64,000 nucleotides of DNA from a virus (lineage: Duplodnaviria > Heunggongvirae > Uroviricota > Caudoviricetes): the IMG/VR virus record IMGVR_UViG_3300023179_003795, positions 1-64,000 of that record; one strand, 5' to 3'. The position numbers and the translations under genes are program-made. Below the pieces are notes generated by a model that was not told the origin of the DNA, did not search any database, and saw only the letters and a program-made list of their open reading frames with translations. Within the stretch, counting starts at the first letter, position 1. The number at the start of each line of letters is the position of its first letter. Positions 38,083 to 45,727 of the stretch are shown here, in pieces.

Positions 38083-40290
38083 TTATTTACTTTTAAAGTG
38101 ACTTAACATTGTATAAACTCCAGCACTTTTTATAATTGTCATAAATGCTTCCATAAAATCAACATTTCCTAACAAACTATTTATTAAGTCTGAATAAGCC
38201 GGTATTAATGTAGCGAAAGCCGTAATTGATAACATTTCATTTTTAAAATCTTTCAATGATTTATTTTTTCTTAAATAAACAACAATCATAGCAATTACTA
38301 AATTAGTTAATTCAAACGAATTTAATGGTTGAACAGTGTATTGTTTAATAAGTGATGTTAAATTTCTTATTAAAGCATTTATCCCACCACCAAATGTCAT
38401 TAAAAATCCAATATCCAATCCAAAAGTTTTTTTAAAATTTTTTAATATATCATCTATATTATCATTTATCTTACCTTCATTAATATTTTTAGTTAATGGT
38501 AATTCTTCATTATATAATTTTTTAAACTCTTCCCACACTTCTTTACCTTTTAAAGGTATTGTTAAATCAAAATACATTAGATTTAAAGGTCCATATTCTG
38601 ATATATCATCAGGGAAACTATCCTTTATTCTTAAAATCATATTATCGTAAATATTTTGCATATTGTCACTATCACTAAAATCAAATTCTTCCGAATCATT
38701 AAATACATCCCAATAAGTAACAAACAAATTAATTGTATTACCAGCATTTATATCACCTTCACCCCACCTACCAATCATATTACGGGTAGTTAAATCATAT
38801 TGATTTATTTTTTTACCATCAATAATAGGTTGCATTTCATTCCATTCTTTTAATCTTTCGTCAATTCTTCTCGGTATAAAAAGTTTACCTTTTTTAGGGT
38901 GTTCAGATTCATCTATGGTTTCAATGGTATATTCCTTATCAGTTGTTTCAAGTCCCAATTTATATATTTTTTCAATTAAACCACTTCTTCTCATAGTTTT
39001 AAAAACAAGATTTTCAGTCGCCATTTCACCACCTTTATCCAAACCAGCCTTCCTATATTTCTTTATCTTATCCTTTAACTTATCCAAAGCCTTTCTGGTT
39101 TCCTCATATTTTTCCTCTTTATATGACTCAACAATTCTATTATATTCACTTTCAAATTGTCTTACCTTTTTCTTAATAGTTTCTCTATCAATTTTTACAT
39201 CTTGAGGTTTTGGTTTCTTAACCCACTCATCATTCATAACGGAATATATACCAGTACTTTCGTGTGGTTCATCTTTATCCTGAGCATATAATTCAACATC
39301 ATATCCTTTTATCTTAATATTATGATTGTCATTCCAAACCGCTTTTTTAGCGTCAAAATACTTCTTAATTAATTCCTTATCATCAAACTCATTAAAGTCT
39401 ATAAGAACGTGTAAATCCACATCCGAATATTGACTCCAATTATAATTAGCCAAAGAACCTGTAAATATAATATCTTCAATAGGTGCTTCCACCTCCAATG
39501 ACTTATGAAATTCTTGTCCGATAGCAACTAATGTGTCTTTTATCTTATTTTTTAATTTACCATCTTCATCCCATACTTTAGGGTTTAATTCCTTTTTAGG
39601 TTCAAATGATTTTAATATATTATCTTTATCTTCCATTTGTTCTTTTATTACCATATTATCGTATTCATCTTTCCAATTCATACTTTCACTAACACCACCA
39701 TCCTTATTATAAAAAATATGAGCAATTTTTTTAGACATATCATAAATAGTTTTACCCGCTACCTTACCATTCATAAAATAATCAACCCATAAACCATCAA
39801 CTTTACCATTAATATAATTACCAATACTACTTAATAAATTATTGTTTTCAAATTGGTTATTAAATGGGTAATACGTTTTCCATATACCAACAGGGCTACT
39901 ATCAACATAACTACCAATTTCTTTTAAATTACCATTTTGATGATACATTTTCCATAAACCATCAAGCTCACCATCTTTTGTTTGTCCATCATATTGGATT
40001 TGACCATTAAGGTAAAATGTTTGATACACACCTCCCCATAAACCATTTTTATATTCTATTCTAGACGTTATTTTATTTTTTTCAAACTCAACCCATAAAC
40101 CATCTTTTTTACCATTAAGTGTATATTGATTTATCTGAACACCATCTACGATGGGTTGTTCCTTATTCCATTGGTTGAATCTACTATTTTCACCGGATAA
40201 TCTACGAGGAATGAATAATTTACCTTTTTTAGATTGTTCCAATTCAGTTAGAGGTAACTTTTTAAATAATTTTTTTTTTACATCACTCAT
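38083..40290 (-). CDS. Multidomain protein: leader + MORN repeats + minimal nucleotidyltransferase (GS-x-SDVDL) domain + second internal leader + C-terminal hydrophobic region
   Basis: 735 aa. N-terminus is LPLTELEQSKKGKLFIPRRLSGENSRFNQWNKEQPIVDG followed by MORN repeats. Mid-protein FTGSLANYNWSQYSDVDLHVLIDFNEFDD matches the pol-beta-type NTase motif G[SG]-x9-13-D-x-D. Later comes HPKKGKLFIPRRIDERLKEWNEMQPIIDG, and the C-terminal about 100 aa are hydrophobic (FLMTFGGGINALIRNLT ... LVIAMIVVYL). Confidence 0.75.
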   Translation of the reverse strand: MSDVKKKLFKKLPLTELEQSKKGKLFIPRRLSGENSRFNQWNKEQPIVDGVQINQYTLNGKKDGLWVEFEKNKITSRIEYKNGLWGGVYQTFYLNGQIQYDGQTKDGELDGLWKMYHQNGNLKEIGSYVDSSPVGIWKTYYPFNNQFENNNLLSSIGNYINGKVDGLWVDYFMNGKVAGKTIYDMSKKIAHIFYNKDGGVSESMNWKDEYDNMVIKEQMEDKDNILKSFEPKKELNPKVWDEDGKLKNKIKDTLVAIGQEFHKSLEVEAPIEDIIFTGSLANYNWSQYSDVDLHVLIDFNEFDDKELIKKYFDAKKAVWNDNHNIKIKGYDVELYAQDKDEPHESTGIYSVMNDEWVKKPKPQDVKIDRETIKKKVRQFESEYNRIVESYKEEKYEETRKALDKLKDKIKKYRKAGLDKGGEMATENLVFKTMRRSGLIEKIYKLGLETTDKEYTIETIDESEHPKKGKLFIPRRIDERLKEWNEMQPIIDGKKINQYDLTTRNMIGRWGEGDINAGNTINLFVTYWDVFNDSEEFDFSDSDNMQNIYDNMILRIKDSFPDDISEYGPLNLMYFDLTIPLKGKEVWEEFKKLYNEELPLTKNINEGKINDNIDDILKNFKKTFGLDIGFLMTFGGGINALIRNLTSLIKQYTVQPLNSFELTNLVIAMIVVYLRKNKSLKDFKNEMLSITAFATLIPAYSDLINSLLGNVDFMEAFMTIIKSAGVYTMLSHFKSK

Positions 40291-40446
40291 ATAATGTATA
40301 AATATGTTGAATATCTATTTATTTTAAAGTTTAGGTTGAATATATTTCCACTATGAACACAATTAGTTAGAATAATTGGACTTCAAGTGTTTCAAAAAAA
40401 ATCCCAATTAAAAACACAAGAATTAATTATAATGAATTATTAGAAT

Positions 40447-40617
40447 ATGAAAATTACATACTTAGAATTATTACAATTATCATTTGGTAATGATATACTT
40501 AAAACAATTGATTATATTAAAGAAACCGGTATAGAAACCGTTATAATCAAAGATGAAGAGATATCGTCAGATAAGTTTTGTAATAACATTAAAGAATATT
40601 ACGACATGACCCGATAA
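40447..40617 (+). CDS. Small hypothetical ORF (56 aa), not in the track
   Basis: MKITYLELLQLSFGNDILKTIDYIKETGIETVIIKDEEISSDKFCNNIKEYYDMTR. First plus-strand gene after a 155-bp divergent intergenic region. Confidence 0.3.
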   Translation: MKITYLELLQLSFGNDILKTIDYIKETGIETVIIKDEEISSDKFCNNIKEYYDMTR

Positions 40618-40618
40618 T

Positions 40619-40843
40619 ATGAAAACAATTAATGACTATAATAACTATAAAAAATTATCATTATTATATGAAAAGTTAAAAAAACAAAATAACTTTTATT
40701 ATATACTAATATTTTATTACCTAAAAAAAGATGATGGGTTATCGGTAGAGTGTAAACCAATTAATCTTAGGAATGAATTACTATCAATCGATACTTTAAG
40801 ATTAATAAAATCAAACCCTAATTTTGAACGATTTATTTTATAA
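40619..40843 (+). CDS. Hypothetical protein
   Basis: 74 aa ORF, starting 2 nt after the previous stop. Confidence 0.4.
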   Translation: MKTINDYNNYKKLSLLYEKLKKQNNFYYILIFYYLKKDDGLSVECKPINLRNELLSIDTLRLIKSNPNFERFIL

Positions 40844-40846
40844 AAA

Positions 40847-41095
40847 ATGAAAAAAAAAGAATATAACTTTATTAAAATTGAAAGGCCTAAGTTTGAAGAA
40901 AAACCAGCCCAAATAATACAAGATATTAAATCAATTGATGGTGAAATTGAATTGGAAGAAAAAAGAACCAATAAATATAAACAGGAGTTGATTAAAGAAT
41001 TACAAAAAATAAAAAAAGATGAAATTCCTGTTATCCCTAATAAAATAACATTATGGATGAAAATAAAGTTTTTATTTACCGGTAAATGGCATTAA
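40847..41095 (+). CDS. Hypothetical charged protein
   Basis: 82 aa, K/E-rich. Confidence 0.4.
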   Translation: MKKKEYNFIKIERPKFEEKPAQIIQDIKSIDGEIELEEKRTNKYKQELIKELQKIKKDEIPVIPNKITLWMKIKFLFTGKWH

Positions 41096-41892
41096 AAAGA
41101 CTTACAAAACAACAACGCTATTATAGGAAAAATAAAGCGAAGTATAAGAAGTGGAGAAAAAAAAGAGTTAAAAAGTTAGTTGAAAATGTTGAGGTGACTA
41201 ATGTTAAAAAACTCAAAAAGAAAATACACAATAAGAAAAAACTAAACAAAAAAAGAAATAAAAATAAAGTTGTTAGGAAAAAAAACGCCACTTATTTTAT
41301 TGCAACAATCATGAATAATAAACCATTCAAAATAATTAATAGATATGTCGACTACTCTTGGGCTTCTAAAAAATGGGATCAAGTATTGGAAGAACAAAAA
41401 AACCTATTCTATCCCGGACTTAAATACCCCTTAATGTTTTTATATAAGGTAAAACCGGGTGAAGAAAATACAATCACCCAAAGAAATAGTATTGGTAAAA
41501 TTATTGAAACCAAAATACCTGGATATAAAATTATATTCCAAGACACATATTATAACGAAAGAAAAATATACTTTAAAAACAAATTAGTTAGAGTTCCAGC
41601 ATACTTCATACTTCAACTATTAAATGTAAATAATAATATTAAACAATGTTTTCTTATTAAGAATAAAATCTGTGTGGAAGATGAAGGTAAGTATTTTGTA
41701 TTCTCTTGTAAAGATGCCGATGAAGCATCATCAATTAAAAATAGACTAAGAGAAAAATATATGGAATTAGGTAAAACTAATGTCCTATTCTTTAATGATG
41801 TAAATACTATATCAATGAAAGAAGAAATCTTTGATAGTATAGTTAAACAAGGAATATGTAATATAGAATATCTTTATAGGGGTGATAATTAA
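41086..41892 (+). CDS. Hypothetical protein with an extremely basic N-terminal 90 aa (K/R-rich)
   Basis: 268 aa beginning KQQRYYRKNKAKYKKWRKKRVKKL ... KKKLNKKRNKNKVVRKKNA, which suggests nucleic-acid binding. Confidence 0.5.
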   Translation: MALKRLTKQQRYYRKNKAKYKKWRKKRVKKLVENVEVTNVKKLKKKIHNKKKLNKKRNKNKVVRKKNATYFIATIMNNKPFKIINRYVDYSWASKKWDQVLEEQKNLFYPGLKYPLMFLYKVKPGEENTITQRNSIGKIIETKIPGYKIIFQDTYYNERKIYFKNKLVRVPAYFILQLLNVNNNIKQCFLIKNKICVEDEGKYFVFSCKDADEASSIKNRLREKYMELGKTNVLFFNDVNTISMKEEIFDSIVKQGICNIEYLYRGDN

Positions 41893-43673
41893 TTATCGTC
41901 AAATAACTTATAGTTATATAATAAACTATAAAACTCATCAACATTATTTAAAATATAATGACTATAACCATTTTCAGTACTTAATGTGACAGATGTTGTT
42001 AAATCATCCATATCAATACCATTTATTCTAAAACTAATATCTTTGTTTCTTGGTAATTTATACCACTTATCAATTCGATATTTTTCAGTTATCTTATCAA
42101 ACATTTCCTTATATTGTGAGAAATTTTCATTTTCCTCAATCTTATCTTTTATTTTTTCCAAGTTTCGTTCCACTTCACGTTGAAATCCTTCTTCGTCAAA
42201 AGCATTCCAATCAATCATTTCGTATGAATTTTCAGACCAACCACCAACACTATCATATTCAGTTATTCTATATAGTAAAGACTCAATTGTACTCTTCTCC
42301 GGTTGGTGTTCTTCAAATAATTTAATTAAATTATTTATGGTTGTTTGATACTCACCAAAACATTTTTTACTTGATTTTTTAAAACCATATTTTTCAAAAT
42401 AATTACATAATTCACTTTCAACAGTATCTCTAACCCCTATCTCAGCCGCTCTATCCATTTCCGATTGGTATTCATATGATATATCACTAGTTTCCCTATC
42501 AAACATTTTTTGTAAGGTTTTAGCAATATTACTTTTTACTTCATCATCACTTAAATCTGCGTTGACATATGTGGGTAAAATATATTTAAGTATTTCTCTT
42601 AATAATTTAGTATTCTCATCATTAAACTTATCTATTATATAACCTTCATCCCACTCTGAATCAATATCCATAGGGTAAAAATGATAATCATTATAAGAAC
42701 TATCAAGTATACTTAAAAACCATTTATCGTCATCAGATAAATCAAATACTTTTTTATAATCATCTAACCCATCAAAACTAATTTCCACTATGGATTCACC
42801 CCTATTCTCTTCATTTTTTTCAAAATCAATAACAATATCTGAAGATAGTATCTGACTTGACGTATCTTCACCTGATATATACCCCCTTAATAAATCAATA
42901 ATAGGTAATTGCTCAGTAAGTTTATTTATTACATTTGTTAATTTAGGGAACTTCTCATATAAAAAATCAATACCCCTTTCTTTATCGAGTGAATCAAATA
43001 CATATTTATTTAGTTTTTTACCATCTTTTTCTAAATATAACGCAACTTTATTTCCCTTGTTTTTTTTATCAATAAAATAATATAAAATACCGTCCCTTGT
43101 ATGTTTATCATAATGATAACGATCATTTTTCATTGAAGTACACCATTTGGTTTCAAAACCATAAAAACAAGATGATTCCCATGTTAAAGGTCTAACAACC
43201 AAATAATTTGAATCTCCAAATATTTTATAAGCACCTTTTTTAGCGATTCTTTCTTCTTCAGATTTTGATTTAGTTTTTTCTAATACTTGTAACATAGCAA
43301 GAAGATAAAAAGGTATTGAATATGAATTAATGTCTTTAGGGGTTTTCTTTATCTTTTCAACGTCAATAAGATTTTTACCTTCCAAATTAACACCACTATC
43401 AATAAGTTTTTCTTCAAATTGTTTTACAATATCATCATCAATTCTTTTATAATTATTTTCAAAAGGTATAATAATTTTAGTTATCATATCTTCAATCTTA
43501 TCATAATCTTTAAACTTTAAAGAAGAATCTAAATAATTACTAATCCATTCAGCGTATTTACCTTGTGATGTTGGATCAATAGAAAACATTCTATCAATGA
43601 ATTCACCATTGGTAGAATGTTTCTTTTTTGTTTTTTCAATAATTTCTTTTTTACCCTCTAATAAAATATCCAT
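41889..43673 (-). CDS. Hypothetical protein; member 7 of the C-x-YG-x-x-T-K-W-C paralog family (long form)
   Basis: 594 aa. Core is VVRPLTWESSCFYGFETKWCTSMKNDRYHYDKHTRDGILYYFI, with an N-terminal DPTSQGKYAEW motif and a long acidic/aromatic C-terminal extension. Confidence 0.7.
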   Translation of the reverse strand: MDILLEGKKEIIEKTKKKHSTNGEFIDRMFSIDPTSQGKYAEWISNYLDSSLKFKDYDKIEDMITKIIIPFENNYKRIDDDIVKQFEEKLIDSGVNLEGKNLIDVEKIKKTPKDINSYSIPFYLLAMLQVLEKTKSKSEEERIAKKGAYKIFGDSNYLVVRPLTWESSCFYGFETKWCTSMKNDRYHYDKHTRDGILYYFIDKKNKGNKVALYLEKDGKKLNKYVFDSLDKERGIDFLYEKFPKLTNVINKLTEQLPIIDLLRGYISGEDTSSQILSSDIVIDFEKNEENRGESIVEISFDGLDDYKKVFDLSDDDKWFLSILDSSYNDYHFYPMDIDSEWDEGYIIDKFNDENTKLLREILKYILPTYVNADLSDDEVKSNIAKTLQKMFDRETSDISYEYQSEMDRAAEIGVRDTVESELCNYFEKYGFKKSSKKCFGEYQTTINNLIKLFEEHQPEKSTIESLLYRITEYDSVGGWSENSYEMIDWNAFDEEGFQREVERNLEKIKDKIEENENFSQYKEMFDKITEKYRIDKWYKLPRNKDISFRINGIDMDDLTTSVTLSTENGYSHYILNNVDEFYSLLYNYKLFDDN

Positions 43674-43859
43674 TTACTTTAATACTTTAGTTTCTTTATA
43701 TACGGCCTTTTTAATCTGTTCCCTTTTTTTAACACATTCTTTAGTGAATACTTGTCTTTCCCTAAGTTCTTTTACAACACCAGTTTTCTCAAACTTCCAC
43801 TTAAACTTCTTTAAAGCCCTATCTAACCCACCTTCTTTTCTTACATCTATTATTATCAT
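43674..43859 (-). CDS. rpsU: 30S ribosomal protein bS21 homolog (phage-encoded)
   Basis: 61 aa MIIIDVRKEGGLDRALKKFKWKFEKTGVVKELRERQVFTKECVKKREQIKKAVYK, aligning with bacterial bS21 ([42 protein letters not shown]...). Confidence 0.85.
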   Translation of the reverse strand: MIIIDVRKEGGLDRALKKFKWKFEKTGVVKELRERQVFTKECVKKREQIKKAVYKETKVLK

Positions 43860-43860
43860 A

Positions 43861-44235
43861 TTATCTCATTAATAACACACCTATAATTATTCCAGGTAAT
43901 ATACCATAAGTAAAATATAAAGTTTTTTTCATTACACCCATAGTTTTATAATCTGTTATAATACCCTTATAGTTTTCTTCGTTTTCTTTAAACTTATCAA
44001 TCACCTCTTCATGTCCGGTAATTATTATACTATCCTTTGTAATTACATCTTTATAATCCATAATTACAGAATCTTGTTGTTTAATAATTTCAGTTTTAGT
44101 TGAATCCTGATACTTTAATTGTTTTATGTTGTGAGCAATATTAATTAATTCAGGTCTTGTAAAACACGTATCCACCTTTTGTGAATAAACATTTATCGTA
44201 ATAAATGTAAATAATAACATTAATAATTTTCTCAT
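43861..44235 (-). CDS. Secreted/membrane protein with signal peptide and C-terminal TM (o-spanin-like position)
   Basis: 124 aa with a signal peptide LLMLLFTFITINVYSQ and a C-terminal LYFTYGILPGIIIGVLLMR. It overlaps the upstream gene by ATGA. There is no clear lipobox. Confidence 0.35.
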   Translation of the reverse strand: MRKLLMLLFTFITINVYSQKVDTCFTRPELINIAHNIKQLKYQDSTKTEIIKQQDSVIMDYKDVITKDSIIITGHEEVIDKFKENEENYKGIITDYKTMGVMKKTLYFTYGILPGIIIGVLLMR

Positions 44236-44543
44236 TTAGCGAAGTCGTGTAAGAAGTTTATTGAGTTATGGATATTTGTATCCTTTGGTAAAGGTTTTTT
44301 CAAATCTTCTTTTTGTTGATTGATTACAGTAGTTCTCTTATCAATATTATTGATTACTTGAGCCCTTTGGGCTTTAATTGAATCAACGACAGTTAAAATA
44401 GAATCTATTTGATTTGAGTTGGCTTCAATTTTATCCAATTTATCTTGAATGGATTTTGTTTTATCATTCATTACTTGTGTGACAATAATATACATACCTA
44501 TTAGTAATGCCACAATTTTAATTATTTCTAATGTTCCCTTCAT
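44232..44543 (-). CDS. Type-II membrane protein with periplasmic coiled coil (i-spanin-like architecture)
   Basis: 103 aa with an N-terminal TM IIKIVALLIGMYIIVTQV followed by a coiled coil (QDKLDKIEANSNQIDSILTVVDSIKAQRAQVINNID). Confidence 0.35.
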   Translation of the reverse strand: MKGTLEIIKIVALLIGMYIIVTQVMNDKTKSIQDKLDKIEANSNQIDSILTVVDSIKAQRAQVINNIDKRTTVINQQKEDLKKPLPKDTNIHNSINFLHDFAK

Positions 44544-45067
44544 ATTCTACGTGTTTCTTTTTTACCTGTTTTTTTTCTTCTTTCTATTCTTCTTTCCGAT
44601 AAGATACCACCCCAAGTTGAAGCCCATTCTTTATAGTTTTGTTTAAGTTTGCCTATCATCTCAAGAGTTTCATCTGTTAATTGTAACATATTTGCAGATA
44701 TATAACAACCATTTTGTTCATCCAATGAATAAACCCATTCAATATTTTCTTGGGTTAAATCACCAACCCATTCAATATTTGATGATGACATATTTAATAT
44801 CTTAAATTCAACTAAATCGGTAATGTTATCTATAAAACCTTGCATTGATGATCTAAAAGCCTCTTTTTCATTTTCCGTAAATTCCAGTTCTGTGGAATCT
44901 AAACCTGACACTTGAACGATGGATCCGTCAATCAAAAATTTCCTAAATTGTTCTTCAGGTTTATCTAAAACCTCTTCATCTTTACTAAATGTAATTTCCT
45001 CTTCATCTTGTTCCACCAATCTTATTCTTTTAAGAATTGATTTAGTTATATCGTGTTTTGTTTTCAT
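44540..45067 (-). CDS. Hypothetical acidic protein
   Basis: 175 aa ORF. Confidence 0.45.
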   Translation of the reverse strand: MKTKHDITKSILKRIRLVEQDEEEITFSKDEEVLDKPEEQFRKFLIDGSIVQVSGLDSTELEFTENEKEAFRSSMQGFIDNITDLVEFKILNMSSSNIEWVGDLTQENIEWVYSLDEQNGCYISANMLQLTDETLEMIGKLKQNYKEWASTWGGILSERRIERRKKTGKKETRRI

Positions 45068-45083
45068 ACATATAAATATGATA

Positions 45084-45659
45084 TTATTTCTTTTTTATCT
45101 TATTTTTTATTTTGGAAAAATCAAAAGCCGGACTTAAATCAGTATATTCTTCATAGTAATTACTTCTACATAAAATACCCTTAACAATTGTAGGGTCCAA
45201 TAATTTTGTGTTATGTCCAACAGTATTCCTTGAAATGGTATATTTAACACATAATTCATCTACCAATTCTTTTAACGATTTTACTTGTTCATCACTATAT
45301 TTAGACCAATAATTATACCCACGCCATTCTTGTTCGTGTACATCACCTTTATAAACCTCACCAATCCAATTATAAAAAAATTTTTTCTTTTTTACTAACC
45401 AACCATCATTCTCTAAAAATATCGTTATCGTCTTATCATTAGGGACAACAAACGAATAATTATCAGGTGTGAAATGATTATACACCTTACCCCCCTTATC
45501 TATCGTATAGTTAGGTATTTTTATACTCTTCCTTAACTTAACCCCATCTAAATAAGACTTTATATTTCTTGATGTATGTCCTAATACAATTTGTTCTTTG
45601 TTATTTGGTATTAAAGAATAATTGCTTTCTAATGTTTTAAAATCATAAATTATATTCAT
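45084..45659 (-). CDS. N-acetylmuramoyl-L-alanine amidase (Amidase_2/PGRP, T7-lysozyme-like); endolysin candidate
   Basis: 191 aa with IVLGHTSRN (T7: IFVHCSAT), a Y/H-containing middle block and VGHNTKLLDPTIVKGILCRSNY (T7: AHHEVAPKACPSF). Confidence 0.55.
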   Translation of the reverse strand: MNIIYDFKTLESNYSLIPNNKEQIVLGHTSRNIKSYLDGVKLRKSIKIPNYTIDKGGKVYNHFTPDNYSFVVPNDKTITIFLENDGWLVKKKKFFYNWIGEVYKGDVHEQEWRGYNYWSKYSDEQVKSLKELVDELCVKYTISRNTVGHNTKLLDPTIVKGILCRSNYYEEYTDLSPAFDFSKIKNKIKKK

Positions 45660-45689
45660 ATATTAATATATAAATAGAAACCCCAATAA

Positions 45690-45727
45690 AATAAAGCAAA
45701 AAAAATGGTGAGATCACTCCCACCATT
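45690..45727 (-). terminator. Hairpin (aatggtg...caccatt) + U-tract overlapping the stop of 45714..46304, followed by tctatttatatattaatatATG
   Basis: 7-9 bp stem; the minus-strand reading gives TTTTTTT downstream. A degenerate copy of the cassette (shares atagaaaccccaataaa). Confidence 0.45.

Noticed and set aside
3331-40260. Possible CRISPR array or mobile element suggested by about 110-nt units recurring at 3331, 3856, 4381, 31220(-) and 40140(-)
   Set aside because: The units are in-frame coding repeats encoding the KKGKLFIPRR...PIVDG peptide. They have irregular spacing, both orientations and diverged copies, and carry no short direct repeat-spacer structure, transposase, or terminal inverted repeats with target-site duplications.
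40291-40446. tRNA or small RNA gene in the longest intergenic region, and in other gaps (25843..25868, 46598..46673, 48681..48749, 50783..50864)
   Set aside because: No cloverleaf-compatible inverted repeats and no GTTC/TPsiC-like box with matching acceptor stem were visible. The regions look like A/T-rich promoter spacers. A tRNAscan or Infernal run would be the definitive check.
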